From an uncultured Candidatus Saccharibacteria bacterium (lineage in GTDB: Bacteria > Patescibacteriota > Minisyncoccia > Phycocordibacterales > JACOZG01): 28,785 nt of DNA. Numbering within the stretch: position 1 is the first letter of the stretch; the number at the start of each line of letters is the position of its first letter. The position numbers were made by a program, and so were the translations under genes. The stretch spans positions 1 through 28,785 of the forward strand of contig CAZLZS010000011.1 in the NCBI GenBank assembly GCA_964564105.1, in the 5' to 3' direction. Positions 1 to 9,227 of this stretch are shown here, in pieces. The notes below the pieces were generated by a model, which worked only from the letters and a program-made list of their open reading frames with translations, was not told the DNA's origin and made no database searches.

Positions 1-2
1 AT

Positions 3-191
3 ATTCTTAGCCTGACCGCGGTCTTTCGCGCGCCTAATCCGGGCTACCCGTTGGCGATCGCTTCTGTGAGTACACTGCTTGTGATTTTTGTTTCCCGTTT
101 TGTTTTTCATTCTTCGCTTGAACGGCGTTTGGTGCTCGCCACGATTATTATTATCGCCGGTGTCGCCCTTATTCGCTTCGGCAGTCTGTAA
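3..191 (+). CDS. 3' end of an upstream gene (5'-truncated by the window edge); hydrophobic C-terminus of a membrane protein
   Basis: Open frame from the window edge to TAA at 189-191. Translation (..LLVIFVSRFVFH..LVLATIIIIAGVALIRFGSL) is strongly hydrophobic, like the C-terminal TM segments of polyprenyl-P sugar/glycosyl transferases. No start codon in the window. Confidence 0.35.
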   Translation: MLSLTAVFRAPNPGYPLAIASVSTLLVIFVSRFVFHSSLERRLVLATIIIIAGVALIRFGSL

Positions 192-210
192 AAATACATT
201 TTGAGTAATT

Positions 211-1266
211 ATGAGAAAAACTTTAAAAATTGGTTCACGAATAATTGGTCCGGGACGACCCATCTTCATCATCGCGGAGCTTTCCGGCAATCACCATCAA
301 GACATCAATCAGGCCATGGCTTTGATTGATGTCGCCGCCGACGCCGGAGCGGATGCGATTAAGTCGCAAACTTACACTGCCGGTACAATCACACTTAATT
401 CCGACACTGAACCCTTTCAAATCAAAGTCAACGACGCCTGGAAAGGTCAGACGCTTTATGATTTATATAAGCAGACGTTTACGCCGTGGGAGTGGTTACC
501 GAAAATGAAAGAGCGGGCCGAGGCCAGGGGCCGTTTCTTTTTCACCAGTGTTTTTGATCCGACCGCGGTTGATTTTATGGAGCAGATCGGGGTTAAGTTT
601 TACAAAGTAGCTTCGTTCGAAGTGGTGGATATTCCTTTGCTTCAGAGAATCGGCCAGACCAAAAAGCCGGTGATTATGTCGGGCGGTATGGCGACTGATG
701 AAGAATTGGCGTTGGCCCTAAAGACCCTGCGCGAGTTCGGTTCACCGGCCGTGGCTTTGCTCCACTGCCTTAGTTCTTACCCGGCCCGGCCGGAAGAAAT
801 GAATCTCGCGACCATTCCGGAACTGGCGCGGAAATTCGAAGTGGTGGCTGGTCTGTCAAATCATTGTCTTGATAATCGGATTGATTCTTTAGCCGTAGCC
901 GCGGGCGCGGCGATTATTGAAAAACATTTGACCTTGCGGCGATCGGATGGTGGACCGGACGCGGCGTTCTCGCTTGAGCCGGAGGAGTTCAAAGATCTGG
1001 TCAAGAGGGTTCGCCAGACCGAAACAATCATGGGCCGGCCGCAATCTAGCGCTGGCGAGAAAGAAACCGAGAACATTGTTTTTCGTAAGTCGTTGTTTGT
1101 CGCTAAACCGATCAAGCGAGGCGAAAAATTTACCCGGGAGAATGTTCGGTCGGTGCGCCCGGGCCATGGCCTCGCGCCGAAATATCTCGACGAAATTGTC
1201 GGCCAAACCGCCAGCCGTGACATCAAAATGGGGACTCCGCTTTCATGGGCTTTGATCGAAAAATAA
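211..1266 (+). CDS. NeuB/PseI/LegI-family nonulosonic acid (sialic acid-type) synthase
   Basis: 351 aa. N-terminal IFIIAELSGNHHQD..AGADAIKSQTY is the hallmark NeuB TIM-barrel start. C-terminal SAF/antifreeze-like domain (ENIVFRKSLFVAKPIKRGEKFTRENVRSVRPG). Confidence 0.85.
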   Translation: MRKTLKIGSRIIGPGRPIFIIAELSGNHHQDINQAMALIDVAADAGADAIKSQTYTAGTITLNSDTEPFQIKVNDAWKGQTLYDLYKQTFTPWEWLPKMKERAEARGRFFFTSVFDPTAVDFMEQIGVKFYKVASFEVVDIPLLQRIGQTKKPVIMSGGMATDEELALALKTLREFGSPAVALLHCLSSYPARPEEMNLATIPELARKFEVVAGLSNHCLDNRIDSLAVAAGAAIIEKHLTLRRSDGGPDAAFSLEPEEFKDLVKRVRQTETIMGRPQSSAGEKETENIVFRKSLFVAKPIKRGEKFTRENVRSVRPGHGLAPKYLDEIVGQTASRDIKMGTPLSWALIEK

Positions 1267-2411
1267 TTTTACCCTTCGATATCGGGTTTTATGATCAACG
1301 ACATCCCGATTTGCCCGAGTTTCTGCCGTTTGAGCTAAGGGTTGATCGGCGGTCTGGTTTAATCTGTCAGAAAACCAACGCGTCAGTGAGGCGAGCGCTC
1401 AAGCTCTATTATACTCTTGGTGGTTACGCGTCCACGCCCTTAGGTGAAGGCGATTACGGTCAACGTCAGGGGGACGAAGTTTTCTCTCTTTTGGAGTCAG
1501 CCATTCTCGCGCGCGGCCGGAAAATTAGCGAAATGAGTTTTCTGGAAATCGGCGCCGGCTACGGCTATTTGCTTTATCGGTTGAAGCAGTCCGGTGCGAA
1601 ACTAACTCTCGGGCTGGAACCCGGCAACGAAGGAGTCGTCGGGGCCAGAAAATACCAGATTCGGATTCTTCAGGAATTTTTTCCCACCAATCAGCTTCAG
1701 GAAAAATTCGATTGCGTTTTTTCTTATGGTGTTTTAGAACATATTGAGAATCCACGATCGATTTTTAAGAAAATAACTGAAGTTTTAAACCAAGCCGGAA
1801 TAATTTTTATGGCGGTGCCGGATTGTGAGATGAAAATGGCCATCGGCGATCCATCCATCATCTCTCATCAGCATGTCAATTATTTTACTAAAGATTCTAT
1901 GACGGAATTGTTAGCCAGTGCCGGTTTTACCAAAATGAAGATCGAGAGTCATTCCGGTCGAACGATGCTTATCGCTTCAGCCATAAAAACCGCTAGCGGT
2001 CACGTCAGGTTGAGAAAGACATCAGACGATGCTAGACAGCTTACGATTGACTTCTGGAAAAATTTAAGGAATAATGTTAGGTCGATCCAAAAATTAATCG
2101 ACGAGTTGGAAAAAATTTCTAATAATCCAATCGGTTTTTACGGCGCTGGTTGCTCGGTCCTCAAGGGACTTTTAAAAATGAAAAGTGAACCGCGTCTTTT
2201 CGACAGCGACGAGGTAAAATGGGGGAAACATGTTGCTGATTTCCAACGACCAGTCGAATCTCCTCAAGCGCTCGTTCAGAACCCGCCAGCCGCAATTTTT
2301 ATCACCCCGATTGATTATGACAAGGAAATAAGAGATTATCTAAAGAGTTTAATTGGACTAAAATTAATTAGAGTAATTTCTCTTAAAGAAATTTATCAAT
2401 GGAAAAAGTAA
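1245..2411 (+). CDS. Class I SAM-dependent methyltransferase (sugar C/N/O-methyltransferase-like)
   Basis: 388 aa. Glycine-rich SAM motif I LEIGAGYGYLL and an acidic motif-II-like stretch. The C-terminal region resembles the C-terminal domain of NDP-sugar C-methyltransferases. Overlaps the upstream gene by 22 nt, suggesting operon coupling. Confidence 0.65.
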   Translation: MGFDRKIILPFDIGFYDQRHPDLPEFLPFELRVDRRSGLICQKTNASVRRALKLYYTLGGYASTPLGEGDYGQRQGDEVFSLLESAILARGRKISEMSFLEIGAGYGYLLYRLKQSGAKLTLGLEPGNEGVVGARKYQIRILQEFFPTNQLQEKFDCVFSYGVLEHIENPRSIFKKITEVLNQAGIIFMAVPDCEMKMAIGDPSIISHQHVNYFTKDSMTELLASAGFTKMKIESHSGRTMLIASAIKTASGHVRLRKTSDDARQLTIDFWKNLRNNVRSIQKLIDELEKISNNPIGFYGAGCSVLKGLLKMKSEPRLFDSDEVKWGKHVADFQRPVESPQALVQNPPAAIFITPIDYDKEIRDYLKSLIGLKLIRVISLKEIYQWKK

Positions 2412-3337
2412 AAAATCTCTTGTTTACTTGCGCTGGTGGAAATGCCGTGCAGTATCTGGCCAAACGTTTACTCGGCCGTTTTAATGTCTTTCTAGTTGAT
2501 GGCAGTGATCAAAGTTTCATCGCCGGAGAGATCGGGGCGCCCTTTGTCCGAGTGCCTTTCGGCAATGATCCGGCTTATGTTCCGGAAATCAAAAAGCTGG
2601 TCAGTAATTGGCAGATAGATTTCATTGTGCCAGGCGCCGATGAAGAACTTGTGCCCTTAGCGGAAGCTTACGAGGAAGCAGAGCTTCCGCCGCTCGTCAT
2701 GCCGTCCTTGGTTTTTACTCAGTCAGTTTTACACAAAAAGAATCTTATGAAGATTTTGGCGGATAAGAACATCTCTAAACTTTTGCCGTTCGAAAACATT
2801 GAAGAGATTAAGTATCCAGCCGTGGCCAAGCCGATTTACGGCCGTGGTTCGCGCGAGTTCCACATTATCAAGAATCCAACCGAGCTTGACGGCTATCTCA
2901 AACTCTACGGGAAACATTTTGGTGAGATTGTCGTTGAACCATATATCGCCGGTGACGAGTATACCGTTTCAGTGATTGTCAACAACAAAAATAAAATTAT
3001 AGGCATTGTGCCAAAGAAAGTTATTCTAAAACGGGGAATCACTCGGGTCGCTGTCTCTGAAAAAAACGAGGTGATAGATACAGTTTGTAGAAAAGTGATA
3101 GCGGAGTTAGATCCGCGCGGTCCCCTTAATGTTCAGCTGAAGTTTTTTGAGAATCAGGTTTATATTTTCGAAATCAATCCGCGTCTTTCCACCACTGCGG
3201 TTTTAACTGATCAATGTTTCGGTAATGAGGTTGAACTGTTTATAAAATATTTCGGCGATGAAAAGATAGATCACCCACCGATAATGAAAGAAAACGTTTT
3301 TCTTTATCGTTTTGATCAGAATTATTTTAGGTCATGA
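2399..3337 (+). CDS. ATP-grasp family ligase (carboxylate-amine ligase-like)
   Basis: 312 aa. The fold pattern (ATP-binding K..KP, EPYIAGDEYTVSV, FEINPRLS) is typical of ATP-grasp enzymes. Start overlaps the previous stop by 13 nt. Confidence 0.65.
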   Translation: MEKVKNLLFTCAGGNAVQYLAKRLLGRFNVFLVDGSDQSFIAGEIGAPFVRVPFGNDPAYVPEIKKLVSNWQIDFIVPGADEELVPLAEAYEEAELPPLVMPSLVFTQSVLHKKNLMKILADKNISKLLPFENIEEIKYPAVAKPIYGRGSREFHIIKNPTELDGYLKLYGKHFGEIVVEPYIAGDEYTVSVIVNNKNKIIGIVPKKVILKRGITRVAVSEKNEVIDTVCRKVIAELDPRGPLNVQLKFFENQVYIFEINPRLSTTAVLTDQCFGNEVELFIKYFGDEKIDHPPIMKENVFLYRFDQNYFRS

Positions 3338-4185
3338 AGATTTTAATCATCGGCGGTTCACGTTTTATGGGGCCGCGAATCGTAAATTTGCTTATGGCGC
3401 ACGGTCATAATCTGACGGTTTTTAACCGCGGAACAATTATTGAACCACCACCTGGCGCCAAATTTATTAAGGGTGATCGCGATCTAGGATTTAAAATCAC
3501 CGATCATTTCGATGCCGCCATTGATACTTGCGCTTATAATGGCCAGCAAGTCGCCGGCGTTTTCCGGGAACTTAAATTTGATTTCTACTTGCACATTGGT
3601 ACAGCGGCTTCGTACCGAAAACCGGAAAGGTTCCCCCTGGTTGAGGAGATGCCAATCGGCGATTGGCCGTTGTGGGGAGATTATAATAAAGGTAAGGTCG
3701 AAGCTGAGAGGACACTGGAAAAAATCGGCCGATCATATGTTGTTCTCCGCCCCGTTTACATTTTAGGGGTGGCCAATCATGTAGCTCGTGAGAGGTTTAT
3801 CTATTCTAAAATAAAACAAGGAGAGAAAATTATTTTACCTGGTGATGGTAAAGCTAAGGCCCAATTTGTTTTTGTCCAAGATGTTGCCGCCGCGGTCGTG
3901 CTTTTGGTGGAGAATAAGATCAGCGGAATTTTCAACTGTGCCGGCGACGAAATAATCACCTTGCATCAATTAGTGTCAGAGATGGCAAAAGTTGTTGGCC
4001 GGGAGGCGAGATTAGGTTTTAATCCCGCCACCACCGGGGTTAATTGGCGAAGTGAAGAATTCCCATTTGCCAACCAAGATTTCTATTGTTTGAACACTAA
4101 GATCAAAAGGCTCGGTCTTAGATTTACCCCACTCCTTGCTGGTCTGAAAGCTGATTATGAAAATTATTATCGAGGAATCGTTTGA
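3334..4185 (+). CDS. NAD-dependent epimerase/dehydratase (extended SDR)
   Basis: 283 aa. N-terminal Rossmann motif MKILIIGGSRFMGPRIVNLL. ATGA start/stop overlap with the upstream gene. Confidence 0.75.
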   Translation: MKILIIGGSRFMGPRIVNLLMAHGHNLTVFNRGTIIEPPPGAKFIKGDRDLGFKITDHFDAAIDTCAYNGQQVAGVFRELKFDFYLHIGTAASYRKPERFPLVEEMPIGDWPLWGDYNKGKVEAERTLEKIGRSYVVLRPVYILGVANHVARERFIYSKIKQGEKIILPGDGKAKAQFVFVQDVAAAVVLLVENKISGIFNCAGDEIITLHQLVSEMAKVVGREARLGFNPATTGVNWRSEEFPFANQDFYCLNTKIKRLGLRFTPLLAGLKADYENYYRGIV

Positions 4186-4188
4186 TCT

Positions 4189-4848
4189 ATGAAAACATTT
4201 ATTGTTAGTGATATCCACGCCAACTATCAAGCCCTGATTAATCTATTGTCTATTCTGCGGCCGACAACCGATGACCAGTTGTTATTTTTAGGCGATTACT
4301 TGGATAAAAATCCTTATGTCAGAGAGACGTTAGTTTTGCTAAAATCTCTTCAGGGAAAGTGCCGCTGCGTTTTCCTAAAAGGTAATCATGAATTTGTCTG
4401 GGTTAAATATTTAAAAGATAAGGAGATGGCCCGGCGTGAGTTTATTGAAAGTTACGGCGGTCTGGAAACCTTGCGTCAGTTTTCGGTTAGGCCAGAACTC
4501 ATGACCGCTTACTTAAAAATCATTGATCAGTCGGAGGATTATAAAATAGTCAGCCCGTACTTCGCGACCCACGCCGGCCTTTTGGCGGAACAACTAGACG
4601 ATCCTAAACCGCAGTTTACGGAACTAAATTATTTCGTTCGGCCGCGGCAGATGAATCTCGAGAAAAAATATCTCGGTCAGTATCGAATCGTCGCCGGGCA
4701 TACTTGTTTGGGGACGGAGCCGACTTTTGAAACTGGTTACATCAACATTGATCTCGGCGCTGGTTATCCCGGCGGTTTTATCGGTGCTCTAGATGTTTCG
4801 AGAAATGAAATTATTCGATCCGATGGCCGAAAATTTACGGTCAGATAG
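4189..4848 (+). CDS. Calcineurin-like metallophosphoesterase
   Basis: 219 aa. Metal-binding motifs VSDIHAN (D-x-H), GDYLD (GD), GNHEF (GNH[DE]). Confidence 0.75.
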   Translation: MKTFIVSDIHANYQALINLLSILRPTTDDQLLFLGDYLDKNPYVRETLVLLKSLQGKCRCVFLKGNHEFVWVKYLKDKEMARREFIESYGGLETLRQFSVRPELMTAYLKIIDQSEDYKIVSPYFATHAGLLAEQLDDPKPQFTELNYFVRPRQMNLEKKYLGQYRIVAGHTCLGTEPTFETGYINIDLGAGYPGGFIGALDVSRNEIIRSDGRKFTVR

Positions 4849-4882
4849 CCAAGGATTGATTTTTAAGTTATGATCTAATTTA

Positions 4883-5551
4883 ATGACCAACGATATCTTA
4901 GTGATTGCCGCTCACCCCGACGATGAAGTTCTTGGGGTTGGTGGCACCCTGCTTCGGCACCAGAAGGCCGGCGATAATATTTTTATCCTGATTCTGGCCA
5001 ATGGCGAAAGTTCTCGGGATACCGGCGTTGAAGTGGAAAAACGTTTGAGGCAAGCCACTCAGGTGACTAAATGTCTCGGCGCTAAACTCTTTTTGGAAGA
5101 TTTTCCGGATAATGCTTTTGACAGCGTGCCGCTTTTAAAAGTTGCCAAAGTGGTTGAAAAAGCGGTCGCGGCGGCGAAACCGACCATTGTTTACACTCAC
5201 CATCCTTACGATCTCAATCTTGACCATCGTTTGACTTTTCAGGCGGTTTTGACTGCCTGTCGTCCTCAACCTGGTTTTCCCGTTGAAAAGATCCTCGCTT
5301 TTGAAACTTTGTCTTCGACCGAGTGGCAGACTAAAGATGGGGGCAATGCTTTTTGTCCGCGGCAGTACATTGATATTTCAGATTTTATCGATCAGAAGCT
5401 GGAAATTTTAAAGATCTATCAGGACGAACTTCGAGTTTATCCCCACCCACGTTCAATTGAAGGCGTTAAAATACTGGCTGCTTATCGAGGTTTAGAAGTC
5501 GGATTGAGATTTGCTGAAGCCTTTGAAGTCATTAGAATTTTACAGAGATAG
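4883..5551 (+). CDS. PIG-L/LmbE-family N-acetyl-sugar deacetylase
   Basis: 222 aa. N-terminal ILVIAAHPDDEVLGVGGTL is the signature HPDDE zinc-binding motif of LmbE/MshB/PIG-L deacetylases. Confidence 0.8.
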   Translation: MTNDILVIAAHPDDEVLGVGGTLLRHQKAGDNIFILILANGESSRDTGVEVEKRLRQATQVTKCLGAKLFLEDFPDNAFDSVPLLKVAKVVEKAVAAAKPTIVYTHHPYDLNLDHRLTFQAVLTACRPQPGFPVEKILAFETLSSTEWQTKDGGNAFCPRQYIDISDFIDQKLEILKIYQDELRVYPHPRSIEGVKILAAYRGLEVGLRFAEAFEVIRILQR

Positions 5552-5591
5552 ATTAGGTGTGCTAACTTAGCTAAAGAAAGGAGATTAGATT

Positions 5592-6047
5592 ATGGAATTG
5601 CGACTAGCCACGATCGAGGATGCCTTAATCCTGTTTAATTGGCGGAATGACCCCGTTTCCCGGCAGAACTTTATTCATCAAGAATTGGTGAGTTGGGACG
5701 AGCATATCGCTTGGCTCAAGAATAGTTTAACCAATTTTCGTCGTCAGATTTTTATCGCTACAGTTAATGGTCGTCCGGTCGGGCAAATTCGCCTCGATGA
5801 GATTGATGAAGTTCGCACAGAATTATCATGGACGATCGCTCCTGAAGAGCGCGCTAAGGGTTATGGCAAGGAGATGGTGCGATTGGGGGCAAGTAAGGTT
5901 CCTAACGGACGAACATCAATTGCCAAGATCAAAAGCCACAACGAGGCCTCACGCCGCATTGTGAATAGACTCGGTTTCCAATTTAAAACTATATGTGATG
6001 GACTCGAGGAATGGACACTTTTTAAGAAAAAAGCCCAACGACACTGA
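5592..6047 (+). CDS. GNAT N-acetyltransferase, PseH-like (amino-sugar N-acetyltransferase)
   Basis: 151 aa. LFNWRNDPVSRQNF resembles the PseH (FKWRNHPDI) N-terminus. The acetyl-CoA-binding region R..G.G..L is present. An AGGAG Shine-Dalgarno lies 8 nt upstream. Confidence 0.7.
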   Translation: MELRLATIEDALILFNWRNDPVSRQNFIHQELVSWDEHIAWLKNSLTNFRRQIFIATVNGRPVGQIRLDEIDEVRTELSWTIAPEERAKGYGKEMVRLGASKVPNGRTSIAKIKSHNEASRRIVNRLGFQFKTICDGLEEWTLFKKKAQRH

Positions 6048-6079
6048 TTTTTCGTCGGGCTCAAGTGATCGGAGTTTTC

Positions 6080-6982
6080 TTAAACCCCGTAAAACTCTTT
6101 GAAGGTCTGGATCTGTCGTCTGGCTGTATCCGATCCCCAGCGTATTTCGAGGCAAACCGTATCCATCTCTTGAATTGCTTTACGCAAACAAGCTGGCGGT
6201 TTGACATCGATGTAGTCATGATTATCTATTAGGGTTGGCGGAATACCCGAGAAGTGGCAAATTGGCCAGTGAGGTAGATCCAAGTACTGCTGGATGGCGG
6301 TTTTCAGATCAAGCTTCGGTAGATACCTCGAGAATCTTGGGTTCTTGGCTTGATTGACCATCACGATCAGATGGGTGAAGTCAATTAAACAGCGATGGCC
6401 GCGATCCATCATGATCGCCATATCGTCTGGAGTACCGCCGAAGCCCCAGTAGTTGTAAGTCACCCCAGCTTCTGATTCTTCTAAGATGACGAGTGGCGGT
6501 ACGTTTTCCAGAGCTACTGTTCTAGGGTCAGGATATTCAGTCAAGAACTCCACGATTTTTCTTCTCGCCACAGTATCAGTAGAGCTTTGACCATAACCAA
6601 CGTGGGCCACACCCAGCGGATGATGAGAAGCGATATTTAACCGTTTAGCCACCTCGATACCCCATTCAATGGTTTCTCGGTTCCACTGGGCCCAGCTCAT
6701 CTCTCCTTTATGATCGGCATAGACTCCTTTTTCATCAAGTGTTTGGCCAAAGTCTACACCCCTATTCTCGGCGCCGTAATGGATCATGAATTGCAGATCA
6801 GTCGGCAGTCGGTCGAGAATTTTCCGTAGGTCGCGGCTGGTAAGTTCGGGAGTAAATGACGGGTGTGCGACTAATAATTGCAGTCCATCGATCAAACCTT
6901 CGTTGAACAGGGCCATTTGCAGATTGTAATACTCATCTTGTCTGACCAGGTTTTCTAACAGTAGACCACCGTAGACCATCAT
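6080..6982 (-). CDS. Hypothetical protein, probably a xylose-isomerase-like TIM-barrel (sugar phosphate isomerase/epimerase, AP-endonuclease-2 fold)
   Basis: Called as a 305-aa ORF from 6997. A GAGGAG SD points to the internal ATG at 6982 as the real start (300 aa). Motifs TVALENVPP, HHPLGVAHVGYG and conserved acidic/His residues are typical of the fold. Convergent with the sugar operon. Confidence 0.5.
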   Translation of the reverse strand: MMVYGGLLLENLVRQDEYYNLQMALFNEGLIDGLQLLVAHPSFTPELTSRDLRKILDRLPTDLQFMIHYGAENRGVDFGQTLDEKGVYADHKGEMSWAQWNRETIEWGIEVAKRLNIASHHPLGVAHVGYGQSSTDTVARRKIVEFLTEYPDPRTVALENVPPLVILEESEAGVTYNYWGFGGTPDDMAIMMDRGHRCLIDFTHLIVMVNQAKNPRFSRYLPKLDLKTAIQQYLDLPHWPICHFSGIPPTLIDNHDYIDVKPPACLRKAIQEMDTVCLEIRWGSDTARRQIQTFKEFYGV

Positions 6983-7164
6983 TATGATTCTCCTCATTCA
7001 CTGTATTCAAAGAACTTAATTTACTGGTGACGACAGTCGTCCCAGACCATCTAAATACATACACTATTAATGTTTAAAAGTCAATACTCCCAGAGGGAAC
7101 CGATTTTCGTACACTATAACCAGACGTAAGATAAAACATTACAAGCCTTGTTGCATTAAATTTT

Positions 7165-8319
7165 ATGATTCTTTACGAACACGAGGGCAAAACTTTGCTC
7201 CAATTCGCCGGTATCACTGTTCCTAAGTCGCAATTGTTAACTAAGGAAAACGAATCGGTAACGATGTTTCTACCCTGCGTTCTTAAAGCCCAAACTCTAT
7301 CCGGGAAGAGGGCTAAGGCGGGCTGGATCATTAAAGTTGGAGATAAAAAAGAAATTTTACCGGCCCTGCATCGTCTCTTTGGCCAATCAATCAATGGTGA
7401 ATTAATAAAAAATGTTTTGGTTGAAGAACAGATCCAATATGAGGAGGAATGGTATGTTTCTTTTTCTTATAATCCAGAAACTCGCTGTCCCGTGATCATT
7501 GTTTCTTCTGATGGTGGTTCGGGAGTTGAAGAGCAGGAAAAGATGAAAGAAATTTTCGAGACAGATATTAGAATATCTTCACTGCCGGCTATAGGCGGCT
7601 TACCAGCCATGTTGATGAGTACTTTATTTAAGCTTTTTTTAGACCAAGATTGCCTATTGCTCGAAATAAATCCATTAGTTAAGACGAGTGTCGGTTGGAT
7701 GGCGCTTGATGCTAAAATTAAGTTAGACGATAATGCCTCCAATCGGCATCCCGAGTGGGCTTATACTCCTCGCTTGACATCTGGACACCAGATCACTGAT
7801 AGGGAGATTGCCGCTAAGCAAATAGATCAAGATGACCATCGTGGGACGGCTGGTTCCAGTTATCTTGACCTTGATGGTGACATCGCTGTCCTTGCTTCCG
7901 GCGGCGGGGCGTCGCTGGTCGCTATGGACGCGTTGATTGCGGCTGGTGGTCGGCCAGCAAATTACACTGAATATTCTGGGAATCCACCGCGGGAGAAAGT
8001 GATTAAATTAACCAAGATTGTATTATCAAAGCCGGGTTTACATGGGCTATGGATTGTCGGTGCCTTAGCTAACTTTACCGATATTTATGAAACGCTCTCC
8101 GGAATTATTTCCGGCTTGCGGCAAGCAGAAAAATCTTTAGGTCGAAAATTTGATTTTCCAATTGTAATTCGCCGCGGTGGACCATATGACGAGAAGGCCT
8201 TTGCAATGTTAAAAGAAGTAAAAGATTTTGATCTTACAATTTATGGTCCTACGATTTCTATTGCTGAATCAGCCAAAGCGGTAGTTCAATTATCAAAAGA
8301 TTACGGCAGTCGAGTATGA
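7165..8319 (+). CDS. Succinyl-CoA synthetase beta-subunit-like ATP-grasp protein (AclB/CcsA-like candidate)
   Basis: 384 aa. MILYEHEGKTLLQFAGITVP resembles SucC MNLHEYQAKQLF. Also LLLEINPLV, and DGDIAVLASGGGASLVAMDALIAAGGRPANYTEYSGNPP matching the SucC C-terminal CoA-ligase domain. Confidence 0.8.
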   Translation: MILYEHEGKTLLQFAGITVPKSQLLTKENESVTMFLPCVLKAQTLSGKRAKAGWIIKVGDKKEILPALHRLFGQSINGELIKNVLVEEQIQYEEEWYVSFSYNPETRCPVIIVSSDGGSGVEEQEKMKEIFETDIRISSLPAIGGLPAMLMSTLFKLFLDQDCLLLEINPLVKTSVGWMALDAKIKLDDNASNRHPEWAYTPRLTSGHQITDREIAAKQIDQDDHRGTAGSSYLDLDGDIAVLASGGGASLVAMDALIAAGGRPANYTEYSGNPPREKVIKLTKIVLSKPGLHGLWIVGALANFTDIYETLSGIISGLRQAEKSLGRKFDFPIVIRRGGPYDEKAFAMLKEVKDFDLTIYGPTISIAESAKAVVQLSKDYGSRV

Positions 8320-9218
8320 ATTTACTTTTACCACCAGACAGTCGATTTATTGGTCAAGGTATCACTGGAGCGGAGGGTCGATCTTCTTTGCCGACCATGC
8401 TCCGTTATGGTACTCAATTAGTGGCTGGCGTCACACCCGGTAAGGGTGGTCAAGAGTTGGAAGGAGTACCCATTTTTAATACTGTCAAAGAAGCGATGGC
8501 GGTAGTGGGTCCGGTAAACAGTAGTGTTCAATTTGTTCCACCGCTTTTTACTTTAGCGGCAGTTCAAGAAGCGCTTCAGGCTGGCATAAAATTTATTCTT
8601 ATCGGTGCGGAAAAGGTACCAACTCGTGATACGGCTACCATTATCAGTTTAGCTAAAACTCATCAGGCAACGATTATTGGTCCGAGTTCAGTTGGTCTGA
8701 TTAATCCTAAGAGGAAATTGAAAATCGGAGCGATTGGCGGCAATAATCCAGACAGAGTTTATACCCCGGGTAACATATCGGTTATTTCTAAATCAGGCGG
8801 GATGACTTCGGAAATAAGCTTGCATCTTAAACAGAATGGTTTGGGGGTGAGTTGGGCGGTAGGTATCGGTGGTGATCGGATTATTGGTAGCGATTTTGTT
8901 GACTGGCTCAAAGCACTCGAAAGTGATTCCGAGACAGCCGCCTCAGTCATTTTTGGAGAATTGGGCGGTACTTATGAAGAGGCGGCCGCGGTTGCCGTCC
9001 AGTCTGGCGCAGTGAAGAAACCTGTAATTGCTTTTATCGCCGGAGAGTTTGCCTCGCGTCTTCCCTCGGAGGTGCAATTTGGCCATGCAGGTGCTTTGAT
9101 TGAAGGTGGCCGCGGTCGGCCCGAGCACAAGCGACAAGTGCTGTCCGCGGCCGGTATTCGAGTGGTGAAGCATTTCGACGAGGTCAGCCAGCTAGTTAAA
9201 GAAGCTCTGGGTAAGTAG
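8316..9218 (+). CDS. Succinyl-CoA synthetase alpha-subunit-like CoA-binding protein (AclA N-terminal / CcsB-like candidate)
   Basis: 300 aa. GITGAEGRSS..YGTQLVAGVTPGKGG, GPSSVGLINP, SKSGGMTSE and the phospho-His loop QFGHAGALIEGG align motif-for-motif with SucD. Four-nucleotide overlap with the upstream gene. Confidence 0.85.
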   Translation: MNLLLPPDSRFIGQGITGAEGRSSLPTMLRYGTQLVAGVTPGKGGQELEGVPIFNTVKEAMAVVGPVNSSVQFVPPLFTLAAVQEALQAGIKFILIGAEKVPTRDTATIISLAKTHQATIIGPSSVGLINPKRKLKIGAIGGNNPDRVYTPGNISVISKSGGMTSEISLHLKQNGLGVSWAVGIGGDRIIGSDFVDWLKALESDSETAASVIFGELGGTYEEAAAVAVQSGAVKKPVIAFIAGEFASRLPSEVQFGHAGALIEGGRGRPEHKRQVLSAAGIRVVKHFDEVSQLVKEALGK

Positions 9219-9227
9219 AATATAAAT

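Noticed and set aside
6048-6079. Expected terminator between the convergent sugar operon and the TIM-barrel gene
   Set aside because: The 32-nt gap contains no convincing hairpin plus U-tract. Termination may occur within the convergent gene or be factor-dependent.
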